From NCBI GenBank assembly GCA_964418425.1, contig CAYQLT010000003.1:4513-68512 (forward strand): DNA of 64,000 nt. The letters run 5' to 3'. A program made the position numbers and the translations under genes. The DNA comes from an uncultured Clostridia bacterium. GTDB taxonomy: Bacteria > Bacillota > Limnochordia > Limnochordales > Geochordaceae. Under the pieces are notes generated by a model, which was not told the origin of the DNA, did no database searches, and saw nothing but the letters and a program-made list of their open reading frames with translations. This document shows positions 26,460 to 34,695 of this stretch, one piece after another (position 1 is the stretch's first letter; each line of letters opens with the position of its first letter).

Positions 26460-27548
26460 TCACCGGCCCTCCGGGCGACCCGCAGGCAGGTTCACGAAGC
26501 TGTACGGGGGCCAGGGGCCCGTCAGCCGGATCCGGTAGCCGTCCTCGTTGCACCCGTTCAGGCGCTCCAGGAGACCCTCTACCCGGTCGACGGGCACAAG
26601 ACACGAGAAGTTCCCGACCATCTCTGTGCCATCGGCCATCTCACGCAACCTCTCCGCCCGCACCGCGGCGCACGCAGCCTGCAGGAGGCTCTCCAGCTCT
26701 GCCGCTCGCCGGCGCCCGTCGGCCTCCAGCCGCTCTTCAAGCTGTCGCTCCAGTTCCCGGCGCAGCAGGTAGGCGGTGGCCGCCGGGGCATGCTCAAGGC
26801 GGTCACGAAGGGGCTGCAGCTCGCCGCAGCTCTGCAGGATCGCCTGCCTTGCCGTCTCGCCCTCCCGCAAGAGCTGCACGCCGTATTCCCTGCAGCCGCC
26901 GATGCGCTGAAGGATCTCACCGAGCAGCGGCGAGTGGGCCTGGATCCAGGCCTGCAGGGCTTGCGCCGGATCCTCCCCATCCCCGCCGATGATGGTGTCG
27001 AAGGCGACCGGGATCAGGTCCGGGCAGAGTTCTAAGACGCGCTCCAGAAGCCCCTGGTGCTCCCGAAGCCAGCGCTCCACCACGGCCCGATCCCGGGAGG
27101 CGTAGGGGCAGGGTGCGCACTCGTGCACCACGGCGAACCACTCCCCTGCCCGCACCAGCTTCACGGGGCATCCGTCAAGGCCCGTGCATCCTTCGGGCAG
27201 CCTGGCCGGGCCACGGCCGATGGCATAAAGGTAAAGCGCACCGTCGCGCCGGGCAGCGCTGGGGGCCCCCAGCGCCTGCGGTGCAGCAGCGGAGCCGGAG
27301 GCGACGGGTTCCCTGGACTTCGGGCCCTCACAGCCCGGCCGGGGCGTCTGCGTGGCGGCTTGCCCGGCCAGGCGCGCGACGCACTCGAGCACCCACGGGT
27401 CGAGGCCCTCCATCCCCAGCTCCTCAAGCACGCGCCGCAGGTCGGCCGCGTTCACGGGGGCTCCGGCGGCCTGCATCAACAAGGCCGCCAGTACCGCCGC
27501 CAGGGCTTCTCGGTCGGGGTCGCAGCGGCTCACCGGCCACGGTCCCAT
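26460..27548 (-). CDS. gvpL: GvpL/GvpF-family protein with an N-terminal extension of about 100 aa
   Basis: The core starts at LYLYAIGRG and ends in YRIRLTGPWPPYSFV (the GvpF/L hallmark). Residues 1-100 are extra. There is no alternative start codon near the core, and ATG 27548 overlaps the gvpK 3' end by 19 nt. Confidence 0.8.
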   Translation of the reverse strand: MGPWPVSRCDPDREALAAVLAALLMQAAGAPVNAADLRRVLEELGMEGLDPWVLECVARLAGQAATQTPRPGCEGPKSREPVASGSAAAPQALGAPSAARRDGALYLYAIGRGPARLPEGCTGLDGCPVKLVRAGEWFAVVHECAPCPYASRDRAVVERWLREHQGLLERVLELCPDLIPVAFDTIIGGDGEDPAQALQAWIQAHSPLLGEILQRIGGCREYGVQLLREGETARQAILQSCGELQPLRDRLEHAPAATAYLLRRELERQLEERLEADGRRRAAELESLLQAACAAVRAERLREMADGTEMVGNFSCLVPVDRVEGLLERLNGCNEDGYRIRLTGPWPPYSFVNLPAGRPEGR

Positions 27549-27838
27549 TGCGCCGATTGCGTGATTCGAGTCGACACGTCATCCACCAACCGATCCAGCG
27601 ACCGCCGTACAGACCGAACCACATCGGCAAGTCCTTGCTCAGCCTTGAGTCGCTCCAGGGCGCTGTCAAGCTCCATCAGTGCGGCCCCCAGGCGCTCCAC
27701 CTCAGCCCCCGTGAGGCGGCCGCCGCGCATCCGCTTGAGGGCCTCGGCCTCCAGCACGTCCCGGACGATCTCGACCAGCGCCACCACGAGGCCCAGCAAC
27801 CCCTGCTTCAGCTTTTCGCCGTCCACTTCGACAGCCAT
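27530..27838 (-). CDS. gvpK: gas vesicle protein GvpK
   Basis: 102 aa. LKQGLLGLVVALVEIVRDVLEAEALKRMRGGRLTGAEVERLGAALMEL matches the GvpK signature. Confidence 0.85.
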   Translation of the reverse strand: MAVEVDGEKLKQGLLGLVVALVEIVRDVLEAEALKRMRGGRLTGAEVERLGAALMELDSALERLKAEQGLADVVRSVRRSLDRLVDDVSTRITQSAQWDRGR

Positions 27839-28209
27839 GGCTCCACTTCGGCCTCCGGCCTCCCGCCGGTCGGCGGGAGGATTCTAGCCGGCGGCATCCA
27901 TCCGCACCACGGGCATCCTTCGGTCAGCAACAACTGGCGAGATTCCCCACGACCGCACGAAGGGCACGCTTCCCGAGCCGAGGACGCATGCCGCCAGCCG
28001 ATGGCGTCGAGGTTTACTCCCGAAGGGAACTCAAGACCGTAGCGGGCCGCAGTCTCAAAGGATGCGACGGCAGCCCGGATCTTGATCCCGAGAAGCTCCA
28101 CACCCACCACCGAGACCACGATGTCCGCATTGATCACAAGCCCTTTGTCCAGCAGCCGGTCCAGCAGGTCTACCACGGTGTAGGAAGTGCCCGGCCTGTC
28201 TGCTCCCAT
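27808..28209 (-). CDS. gvpJ: GvpJ-type (GvpA-fold) protein with a C-terminal CxxC...CxxC tail
   Basis: The core is VVDLLDRLLDKGLVINADIVVSVVGVELLGIKIRAAVASFETAARYG. The tail is ACPSCGRGESRQLLLTEGCPWCGW. Its 3' end overlaps gvpK by 31 nt. Confidence 0.85.
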   Translation of the reverse strand: MGADRPGTSYTVVDLLDRLLDKGLVINADIVVSVVGVELLGIKIRAAVASFETAARYGLEFPSGVNLDAIGWRHASSAREACPSCGRGESRQLLLTEGCPWCGWMPPARILPPTGGRPEAEVEPWLSKWTAKS

Positions 28210-28215
28210 TGCGGC

Positions 28216-28464
28216 TCACCCCTCCTCGACCGACCCGCCCGCAAGCGGGCCCGCCATCCGCTCGTACTCCGCTCGGGTTAGCTCTCCCAACGTCAGGGCC
28301 GCTTGCGCGTCCGCCAGCTCTTCGGGGATGGCCCCTTGGGACTCACGATGCTGCTCCCGGCGCGCCAGGGCCACTGCCTCGTCGAGGGCGGCCCAGGCAA
28401 CCCTGAGGGGCAGGGAGACGGGCAAGAACAAGAGATCCGCGAGCCCGAACCTCAGGATGGCCAT
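28216..28464 (-). CDS. gvpG: gas vesicle protein GvpG
   Basis: 82 aa. It has an N-terminal hydrophobic LADLLFLPVSLPLRVAWAAL and then a charged helix ending GELTRAEYERM, which is the GvpG pattern. It overlaps the gvpF 3' end by 13 nt. Confidence 0.75.
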   Translation of the reverse strand: MAILRFGLADLLFLPVSLPLRVAWAALDEAVALARREQHRESQGAIPEELADAQAALTLGELTRAEYERMAGPLAGGSVEEG

Positions 28465-29327
28465 AGCTCATCCCCATTCCGGGCATCCCGGTGCCCGTCC
28501 GGGCGTCGGGGCTCGCCCTCCGCACCCGCATCGCCCCCAGGGGGAGCCAGCCGCAGCTCTGTGAAGACAAACGGGGGCAGGGGAGCTGTGACCCGGAACC
28601 GAATGCGCCGCTGGATTCGGGCTTCCAGGTGCTCCACAGCCGTCCGCAGCGAACCCTCCGCTCCGGCCGGGATCAGGGCCGCGAAATTGAGGAGCATCCG
28701 GACGCCGATGGGCTCCCGCTCGCGCAGCTGCAGCACCTGTCCGGCGAGCGTGCGCCGCACCAGGTCCCCGTAACGCTGCCGCCAGGCGTGCGCCACCTGT
28801 TCGGTGAGTTCCCCGATCCGGGCCCGCACCAGTGCCGGCGCGGTGCGCGGCGCACCCCCGCCGGGCGCAAGCCACCGCCGGGCCACCGGGTGCTTGAGAA
28901 GTTCCCGTACCACGGCCTGGCGGTCCCAGAAGGCCACTACGGCCGCCTCCACCTTGCCCTGCATTCGGTGAAGTTCGGCACGCACCGCTGGCTCGTTGTA
29001 ACGTATCAGTTCCACCACTTCGGCCCGTCCGGGCGCCGCCACCCCGAACCGAAATGGGAGCACCGTCGCCCCGTTGGTCAGAAGCCAGCACGCCAACCCC
29101 GCGTGGCAGGCGAGGTCGTGGGGCGTTGGGCGGTCGATGGGACGCTGCAACGGGCTGGCCGCGACCACCAGGCCCTCCCACTCAACGAACTCCACCGGGG
29201 CTCCGCCGATACCGGGAGGGGGAGCACTGACGCCGCAAGGGAACTCGGCGCCATGAGCCGGTGCGCCGGGTTCGGTGGAGAGCGCCGGTCCGGAAAGCTC
29301 AGCGACGCCGTAAAGGTGCCAGACCAT
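28452..29327 (-). CDS. gvpF: GvpF/GvpL-family protein
   Basis: Start at MVWHLYGV with AGGAG upstream. It ends ...RFRVTAPLPPFVF plus a tail. The upstream 71 codons of the track ORF are probably not translated. Confidence 0.8.
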   Translation of the reverse strand: MVWHLYGVAELSGPALSTEPGAPAHGAEFPCGVSAPPPGIGGAPVEFVEWEGLVVAASPLQRPIDRPTPHDLACHAGLACWLLTNGATVLPFRFGVAAPGRAEVVELIRYNEPAVRAELHRMQGKVEAAVVAFWDRQAVVRELLKHPVARRWLAPGGGAPRTAPALVRARIGELTEQVAHAWRQRYGDLVRRTLAGQVLQLREREPIGVRMLLNFAALIPAGAEGSLRTAVEHLEARIQRRIRFRVTAPLPPFVFTELRLAPPGGDAGAEGEPRRPDGHRDARNGDELWPS

Positions 29328-29536
29328 GGCCAACTCCTGTCGATCCGTAGACCTGGGTGACTCGGGCCGCGTATGAGACGCGTACGATCCCCGATCCCAC
29401 GGTTCCGACAAACCAATGCGGGCCCGAAGCTTCCTCCAGTTCGCCGACCCGTTCGCAAGCCCAGCGCAGGAGCCGGAGCCATCGGCCCCCGCGACGGGGC
29501 CACACCGTGCTCGCCCTCTCTCTCGGCTCCATTTTG

Positions 29537-30457
29537 TCAATCCCCCTCGTGATCGGCAGGCCGCGCGGCGAGCGTGGGACCCAGCCGCAGGTGCCCTCCG
29601 GGTACGCCCACCACATCGGCCAAAAGCTGGCGAAATCGGGCATCCTGGGGATCCATTGGCAGGCCTTCGGCGGCCACCACCCTCGCCGCCATGAGCGAGC
29701 GGCGTAGCAGCGAGCCGAAGGCGCCCAGCCTGCCCTGCTCAAGCCGGCCGCGGACCGCCTCCACCAGGCGCCGCGCCGCCTCGGGCTCCATGCCGCACCG
29801 GCGGGCGACGATGACCGCCAGCTCCTCGAGGCCGTAGCCCGGCAGCCAGAGGGTCACGACCCTATCCAGCAAAGCCCGCTGCACGGCGTGCGAACCCACG
29901 GACTCGCCGGGGTCGCTGGTGAGGATCAGGCGAAAATCCTCGTGAACGGGCATCAGCGTCACCTCGTCCCGCGAGGTGGCCAGGGGTAGCACCCGCTCCT
30001 CCAGCACCGGCAACAGCACGCTGTGGGCCTCGGGCCTCGACCGGGTGAACTCGTCGTACACCACCGTGGCCCCGGTCCGGCAGGCAACCGCCAGGCGGTT
30101 GGGCACCCAGCGCTCGCTCACCAGCTCTTCCCGTTTGCGCACGTTGCGAATGAATTCGTCGACCACCAGGCGCCGCCGGTAGCTGACCGGGGCCCCCACA
30201 AGCTCGGCCGTCCCCAGCGCCTCGTCGCCGTGGACCAGGAAGACCGGGCGTGAACGCCGGTGTGCGAGGAGAAGGGCCAGCGTTGTCTTCCCGACCCCGG
30301 GCGGCCCGGCCAGGTGGACCGGGATGTTGAGAGAAAGGTACATCTCGGCCCGCCGGACCACCGAGAGCACCTCGGGTGTCAGCACCACTTCGCCTCGGGC
30401 GACGCCGGGCACGCTCCAGGTTTCGGTCGCAGGCAAGCTGAACTCCGACACCTTCAA
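29537..30457 (-). CDS. gvpN: gas vesicle AAA+ ATPase GvpN
   Basis: Walker A GPPGVGKTTLA and Walker B VVYDEFTRSRPE, with MoxR/CbbQ-like length (306 aa). It sits immediately after gvpA. TTG start. Confidence 0.9.
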   Translation of the reverse strand: MKVSEFSLPATETWSVPGVARGEVVLTPEVLSVVRRAEMYLSLNIPVHLAGPPGVGKTTLALLLAHRRSRPVFLVHGDEALGTAELVGAPVSYRRRLVVDEFIRNVRKREELVSERWVPNRLAVACRTGATVVYDEFTRSRPEAHSVLLPVLEERVLPLATSRDEVTLMPVHEDFRLILTSDPGESVGSHAVQRALLDRVVTLWLPGYGLEELAVIVARRCGMEPEAARRLVEAVRGRLEQGRLGAFGSLLRRSLMAARVVAAEGLPMDPQDARFRQLLADVVGVPGGHLRLGPTLAARPADHEGD

Positions 30458-30490
30458 ACCCGCCTCGGCCCCCGAGGGTCATGCCGCTTG

Positions 30491-30510
30491 CGCCGCCCAA
30501 CCTGGCGGCG
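30491..30510 (-). promoter_or_regulatory. 7-bp GC stem-loop (CGCCGCC-N6-GGCGGCG) in the gvpA-gvpN spacer; possible attenuator or processing site
   Basis: Read directly from the sequence. It lies in the 99-nt spacer after the highly expressed structural gene and has no U-tract. Confidence 0.25.
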
Positions 30511-30556
30511 AACACCCGTCGCGGCACGAGCCCCCGGGGATGCGGATGCGCGGCGG

Positions 30557-30772
30557 CTAGGCGGCCGCCGGCGCAGGGTGCAGAAGGCCAACCGCTTCAG
30601 CATACTTGAGCCAGGTATCCACCGAGGCCACAACGACGCGGGCCTCAACGGAAAGGAGCTCGATCCCCACCAACGAAACCTTCGCCCAGATGTCGACCAC
30701 CACACCTTTGTCGAGGACCCGGTCCAACACCTCGACAAGAGTGGAGGTCTGCATGGCCGTTTTGACGGACAA
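30557..30772 (-). CDS. gvpA: major gas vesicle structural protein GvpA
   Basis: (L/M)[62 protein letters not shown] is collinear with canonical GvpA. A TTG start at 30772 lies 8 nt after GGAGG and gives the canonical N-terminal length; ATG 30754 is the alternative. Confidence 0.92.
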   Translation of the reverse strand: MSVKTAMQTSTLVEVLDRVLDKGVVVDIWAKVSLVGIELLSVEARVVVASVDTWLKYAEAVGLLHPAPAAA

Positions 30773-31019
30773 CCTCGACTCCTCCCTTCCGGAACCTGAG
30801 CCAGAGGTGGCCGCGGTCACAGCCGCTCTAGTGTATGCTCCGGCTTCTTGGAGGCTTTCACCACCCCCGGCGTTGCCGGTTTCCCTCAAAACCTATGAGG
30901 GTGGCGAGAAAAGCGGGATGGCTCCGCGGTCCTGACCGGGAAGGGGTAGGGGAAACCGACCTGCCGGTGCGGGGGGGACCCGGCCGGGAGCAACGCCGTT
31001 TCGAAACGAGAAACCCGCC

Positions 31020-32831
31020 TCAGGGATGCCAGCGCACGATACGACGTTCGGCCGCCCTCAGGGCCCAGTTGCTCCCGATGCCTAGAGCGGACAGGACGAC
31101 GATACCCGCCATCAGCCGGCTTACCAGCATCAGCTCGCCGCCCTGCAAGATCAAGAAGCCCAGTCCTGCGGAGGCGGCGATCATCTCCGCTGAGACCACC
31201 AGCAAAAGCGCCATCCCGGCCCCCAGGCGAAGTCCGGCGAAGACGGTGGGCAAGGCCCCGACGATGGAGACCTTGGAAATGACCTGCAACGGCCGGGCCC
31301 CCAGGCTTCGAGCCGCCCGTACCAGTGAGGAGTCCACGCCCCGGACGCCCGCCGCGGTGTTAACGGCCACCGGGAAAAAGACGCCGATGGCGATGACGGC
31401 CACCTTGGAGGTCTCGCCGATCCCCAGCCACAGCACCAGCAGGGGAAGAATGGCAATCTTCGGGATGGGGTAAGTGAGGGCGATGAGGGGGTCAAGCAAC
31501 GCATCGGCCAGGGCGGACAGCCCGATGCCAAGCCCCACGGCAAACCCGGCCCCCGAGCCCACCAGCCAGCCCAGCACGATGCGACGCAGGCTCAGGCTCA
31601 GGCTCCCCAGCAGTTCGCCCGTGGCTACCAACCGGGCGAGCTCCGCCACGACGTCGGAGAGGCGGGGGAGAAAAAGCGGCGGGATCAGGCCGGCCCGCGC
31701 CACGCTTTCCCACACCACCAGCACCAGAACCACCGACGCCGCTCCCAGCCATCCCCTCGGGAGCGGCCGCCGGGCCGCAGCGGGGCTGCGGGATGCCGCC
31801 AGGACAGCTTTCGAAGATGAGGGTGACGGTTCCAGCGGGTCTGCCCCGCCCGCCGTATCCTGCCTGCCGCCCTCCTCACGACGGGCGGCTGCTGGGACAG
31901 CGGTGAGTTCGTCGCCGCGCGGCAAAGCCTCGCCAGCCGAACGCTGTGGCGACAGCGCGTGTCGGGCGGCAGCAGGAAGTCGGGAGCCGGTCCGACCGTC
32001 CAGCTCCCACATGGCCTGCCGGGCGTCGTCCCGGATCAAGGTCCACAGCCGGTGGGTGAACGCTGCAAACTCGGCGCTGGCCGTCAACGCCTCGGTGCGG
32101 GGGCGGTCGAAAGGCACCCGCAACTCTGCGCGGACCCGCCCCGGCCGACGGCTCATGAGGATGATCCGGTCGGCGAGAAACGCCGCCTCCTCGATGTTGT
32201 GGGTCACGTAGAGCACCGTCTGGCCGGTTCGGCTCCACAGGTCCAGCAGGTCCTGCTGCAGCAAAGCCCGGGTTTGGGCATCCAGCGCCGACAGTGGCTC
32301 GTCCATCAGCAACACCCGCGGACCCACAGCCAGTGCCCGGGCGATGCCCACCCGTTGTTTCATGCCTCCCGACAGCTCGGAGGGAAGTCGACCCTCCACG
32401 GAGTGAAGCCCCACCCGCGCCAGCCACTCGCGCCCCACCGCCTGGCGGCGCGCCCGGCTCACCCCTCGCACCTCCAGGCCGAACGTCACGTTGTCCAGTA
32501 CGGTGCGCCACGGGAACAGGGCGAACTCCTGGAACACCATCGCGGTGAGGGCCCGCTCCCCGCCGGAGCCTGCCTGCCGCGGTCCTGCCCCGCTGCCCCG
32601 GGCGCCTCGCACCCCAGGGCCCACGTCGAGAAACCGAACCTGCCCCGCGGACGGCGGCAAAAACCCCGCCACCACCGACAAAAGGGTGGACTTGCCGCAC
32701 CCGCTGGGGCCCAGGATGGCCACGAACTCGCCCGACTCCACCTGGAAGCTGACGTCTTCCAGCGCCACGACGCCCTCCCGGCCGTGGCGGCCGGGAAAAC
32801 GCACATGCAACCGGTCGACCTCAACGCGCAC
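31020..32831 (-). CDS. fused ABC ATPase-permease of the NitT/TauT (SsuB-SsuC-like) family
   Basis: The N-half has GPSGCGKST, LSGGMKQRVGIARAL and LLMDEPLSALD. A Pro/Ala-rich linker follows. The C-half is a 6-TM BPD permease (VRAARSLGARPLQVISKVSIVGALP). It is a single uninterrupted 603-codon frame. Confidence 0.8.
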   Translation of the reverse strand: MRVEVDRLHVRFPGRHGREGVVALEDVSFQVESGEFVAILGPSGCGKSTLLSVVAGFLPPSAGQVRFLDVGPGVRGARGSGAGPRQAGSGGERALTAMVFQEFALFPWRTVLDNVTFGLEVRGVSRARRQAVGREWLARVGLHSVEGRLPSELSGGMKQRVGIARALAVGPRVLLMDEPLSALDAQTRALLQQDLLDLWSRTGQTVLYVTHNIEEAAFLADRIILMSRRPGRVRAELRVPFDRPRTEALTASAEFAAFTHRLWTLIRDDARQAMWELDGRTGSRLPAAARHALSPQRSAGEALPRGDELTAVPAAARREEGGRQDTAGGADPLEPSPSSSKAVLAASRSPAAARRPLPRGWLGAASVVLVLVVWESVARAGLIPPLFLPRLSDVVAELARLVATGELLGSLSLSLRRIVLGWLVGSGAGFAVGLGIGLSALADALLDPLIALTYPIPKIAILPLLVLWLGIGETSKVAVIAIGVFFPVAVNTAAGVRGVDSSLVRAARSLGARPLQVISKVSIVGALPTVFAGLRLGAGMALLLVVSAEMIAASAGLGFLILQGGELMLVSRLMAGIVVLSALGIGSNWALRAAERRIVRWHP

Positions 32832-32894
32832 GGGACAGCGCCCCCGCCCGGCGGCTCAGCGTGCGGGCCGCAGCCCCGGCGCCTGCTCCCCCGC

Positions 32895-33962
32895 TCACCG
32901 GAGCGTCGCCAGGGCCTCCTCGACGAAGGACATGTCCACGAACTCGGCGGGATCCACCACCCGAGTCAGCATGCCCTGCGCCTTATACCACTCCTGCTGC
33001 TGGATGAGGTCCTGCACGTCCACCCGTGCGTCCGGGTCGATGTAGGATAGCGAACGGGCGATGGCCTGGGGCTGGGCCCCGGTGTAGCGGGCTACCAGGC
33101 CCAGCAGCTCCTCGAACTCCGCCGACCCCGGCCCGCCGCGGCCCGATTCGCCGAAGGCCGCCTGGCGGTACCATCGGACGCCCCGGATGTAGCCGCGCAT
33201 GAAGCGCACGCCCACGTCCCGGCGCTGGCGCATCCGGTCCGAGAAGAAGACCCCGGTCACCTGGTACGGCAGCAGGTCTCCGGCCCAGAAGACCACCCGT
33301 CCCCAGCCCTCCTCTTCGGCGTTGGCCCCCCAGGGCGGCGACACCAGGGCCGCATCCACCGTCCCCTGCTTGACGGCCTCCAGCATGACCGAGATGCTCC
33401 GCAGGGGCACCAGCTCCACGTCCTTGAGCGTCAGTCCGTTGCGCTCCAGGATCCGGCCGATCTGGTAATGGTACGTGGAGCCCAGCTGGGTGATCCCGAT
33501 GCGGGTGCCCTTCAGGTCCCGCACGCTCCGTAACCCGGCCTCATACCTTGCCCGGCTGGTGACCAGGGCGTTGAGGCGATATCCGGGGCGCTCCGAACCC
33601 CGGTCGGCCACCAGGATGATGCGGGCGCCCTGGGCGATGCTGTTAAACAGCGCTCCGGTGATGCCCGTCGCCCCCACGTCCAGGTCTCCGGACGCCACGG
33701 CCACCGCGATGGGTGAGGCCGCCGCAAACCATTCGAACCGAACATCCAGGCCCTCGGCCGCGAAATACCCCTTCTCGACCCCCACGAACAGGGGGGCGCC
33801 GCCGATGAGCTTCAGCGTCCCCACGCTGACCACCTCCGGCCGCCCCGGCGCCGCAGCACCCGCCTGCGCGGCGGCCAGCGCCGCCAGCATGAGGCTGGTC
33901 AGCAGGACGGCGGACCGGACCATGTCCCGCCGCACCCCTAAAAGACCTGTGCACAACTGCAT
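32895..33962 (-). CDS. ABC substrate-binding protein, NMT1/SsuA/TauA-like
   Basis: Signal peptide, then GTLKLIGGAPLFVGVEKGYFAAEGLDVRFEWF and DLDVGATGITGALFN. It lies upstream of the fused ATPase-permease. Confidence 0.8.
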   Translation of the reverse strand: MQLCTGLLGVRRDMVRSAVLLTSLMLAALAAAQAGAAAPGRPEVVSVGTLKLIGGAPLFVGVEKGYFAAEGLDVRFEWFAAASPIAVAVASGDLDVGATGITGALFNSIAQGARIILVADRGSERPGYRLNALVTSRARYEAGLRSVRDLKGTRIGITQLGSTYHYQIGRILERNGLTLKDVELVPLRSISVMLEAVKQGTVDAALVSPPWGANAEEEGWGRVVFWAGDLLPYQVTGVFFSDRMRQRRDVGVRFMRGYIRGVRWYRQAAFGESGRGGPGSAEFEELLGLVARYTGAQPQAIARSLSYIDPDARVDVQDLIQQQEWYKAQGMLTRVVDPAEFVDMSFVEEALATLR

Positions 33963-34140
33963 AGTGAAAAACCGCCCTCCTCACCTGCCGACCCCAACGA
34001 GCGTCTGATGGGTTCGGGGAGAAGGACGGCTTTCCTCTTCGGCGCGGTACCGCCCGGGCGGGGCGTGCCGGGAGTACGGGGACCGGGCGGCCGTGCCCGC
34101 ATGGGGGGCTGTGACAGCCGCCCGGCCTCCAGAGCGAAGC

Positions 34141-34623
34141 TCAGAGCTCCAGCTTCAGGTGCCCGGGTGGCGCGGGCGGAAGCTGGTAGACAATGTACCC
34201 GTACCCCGTCGCCTTGTGGCAGCGGTTGCAACCCTCGACACCCGCGTTCCAGGCAGCCTCGAATTCACTCCAGTTCTTGGCCTTGATGGCGGCATCGATG
34301 GGTTGCAGGTAGGTCTGCTCAAAGCGCTGCAGCCCGCTCTTTCGCTTCGGCCGCGTCGTTTCGGCGACCTCCTGGATCTCCAGCGCCTCCTTCAGTTGAT
34401 ATGCGGCCATGTCCCAGTTGCCCGCCTTCGCGGCGTAATACATGATGCCGTACCGATCCGCATACTCCCGCATGACGGTCCCGAGGCCGGGCTGGATCGC
34501 CGCCAGGGTGTTCAGCTTCTCGTCCGTGGTTCCCGTCAGCCAATCGCTGGCCGCATACGCCACCCCCAGCAGCCCGGCCAACAAGGCGACTACGCCCGCC
34601 GACACCATCAGCCGCCGATACAT
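34141..34623 (-). CDS. membrane-anchored class II (four-helix-bundle, cytochrome c'/c556-like) monohaem cytochrome c
   Basis: ATG 34623 with AAGGAGGGG upstream. It has an N-terminal TM anchor, a helical body, and a single CNRCH motif near the C-terminus, as in class II cytochromes c. Confidence 0.6.
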   Translation of the reverse strand: MYRRLMVSAGVVALLAGLLGVAYAASDWLTGTTDEKLNTLAAIQPGLGTVMREYADRYGIMYYAAKAGNWDMAAYQLKEALEIQEVAETTRPKRKSGLQRFEQTYLQPIDAAIKAKNWSEFEAAWNAGVEGCNRCHKATGYGYIVYQLPPAPPGHLKLEL

Positions 34624-34695
34624 CCGATCCCCTCCTTGCACCATGCATCCTTGTCCCGTCGCCACAAATCCCCGGGCGCCACCGATGCGTGGCGC

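Noticed and set aside
30773-31019. Promoter hexamers for gvpA (for example GTGAAA...TACACT on the minus strand)
   Set aside because: The spacing (20 nt) and the hexamer matches are poor, and I could not support a specific -35/-10 pair. Only the ribosome-binding site and the start are reasonably clear.
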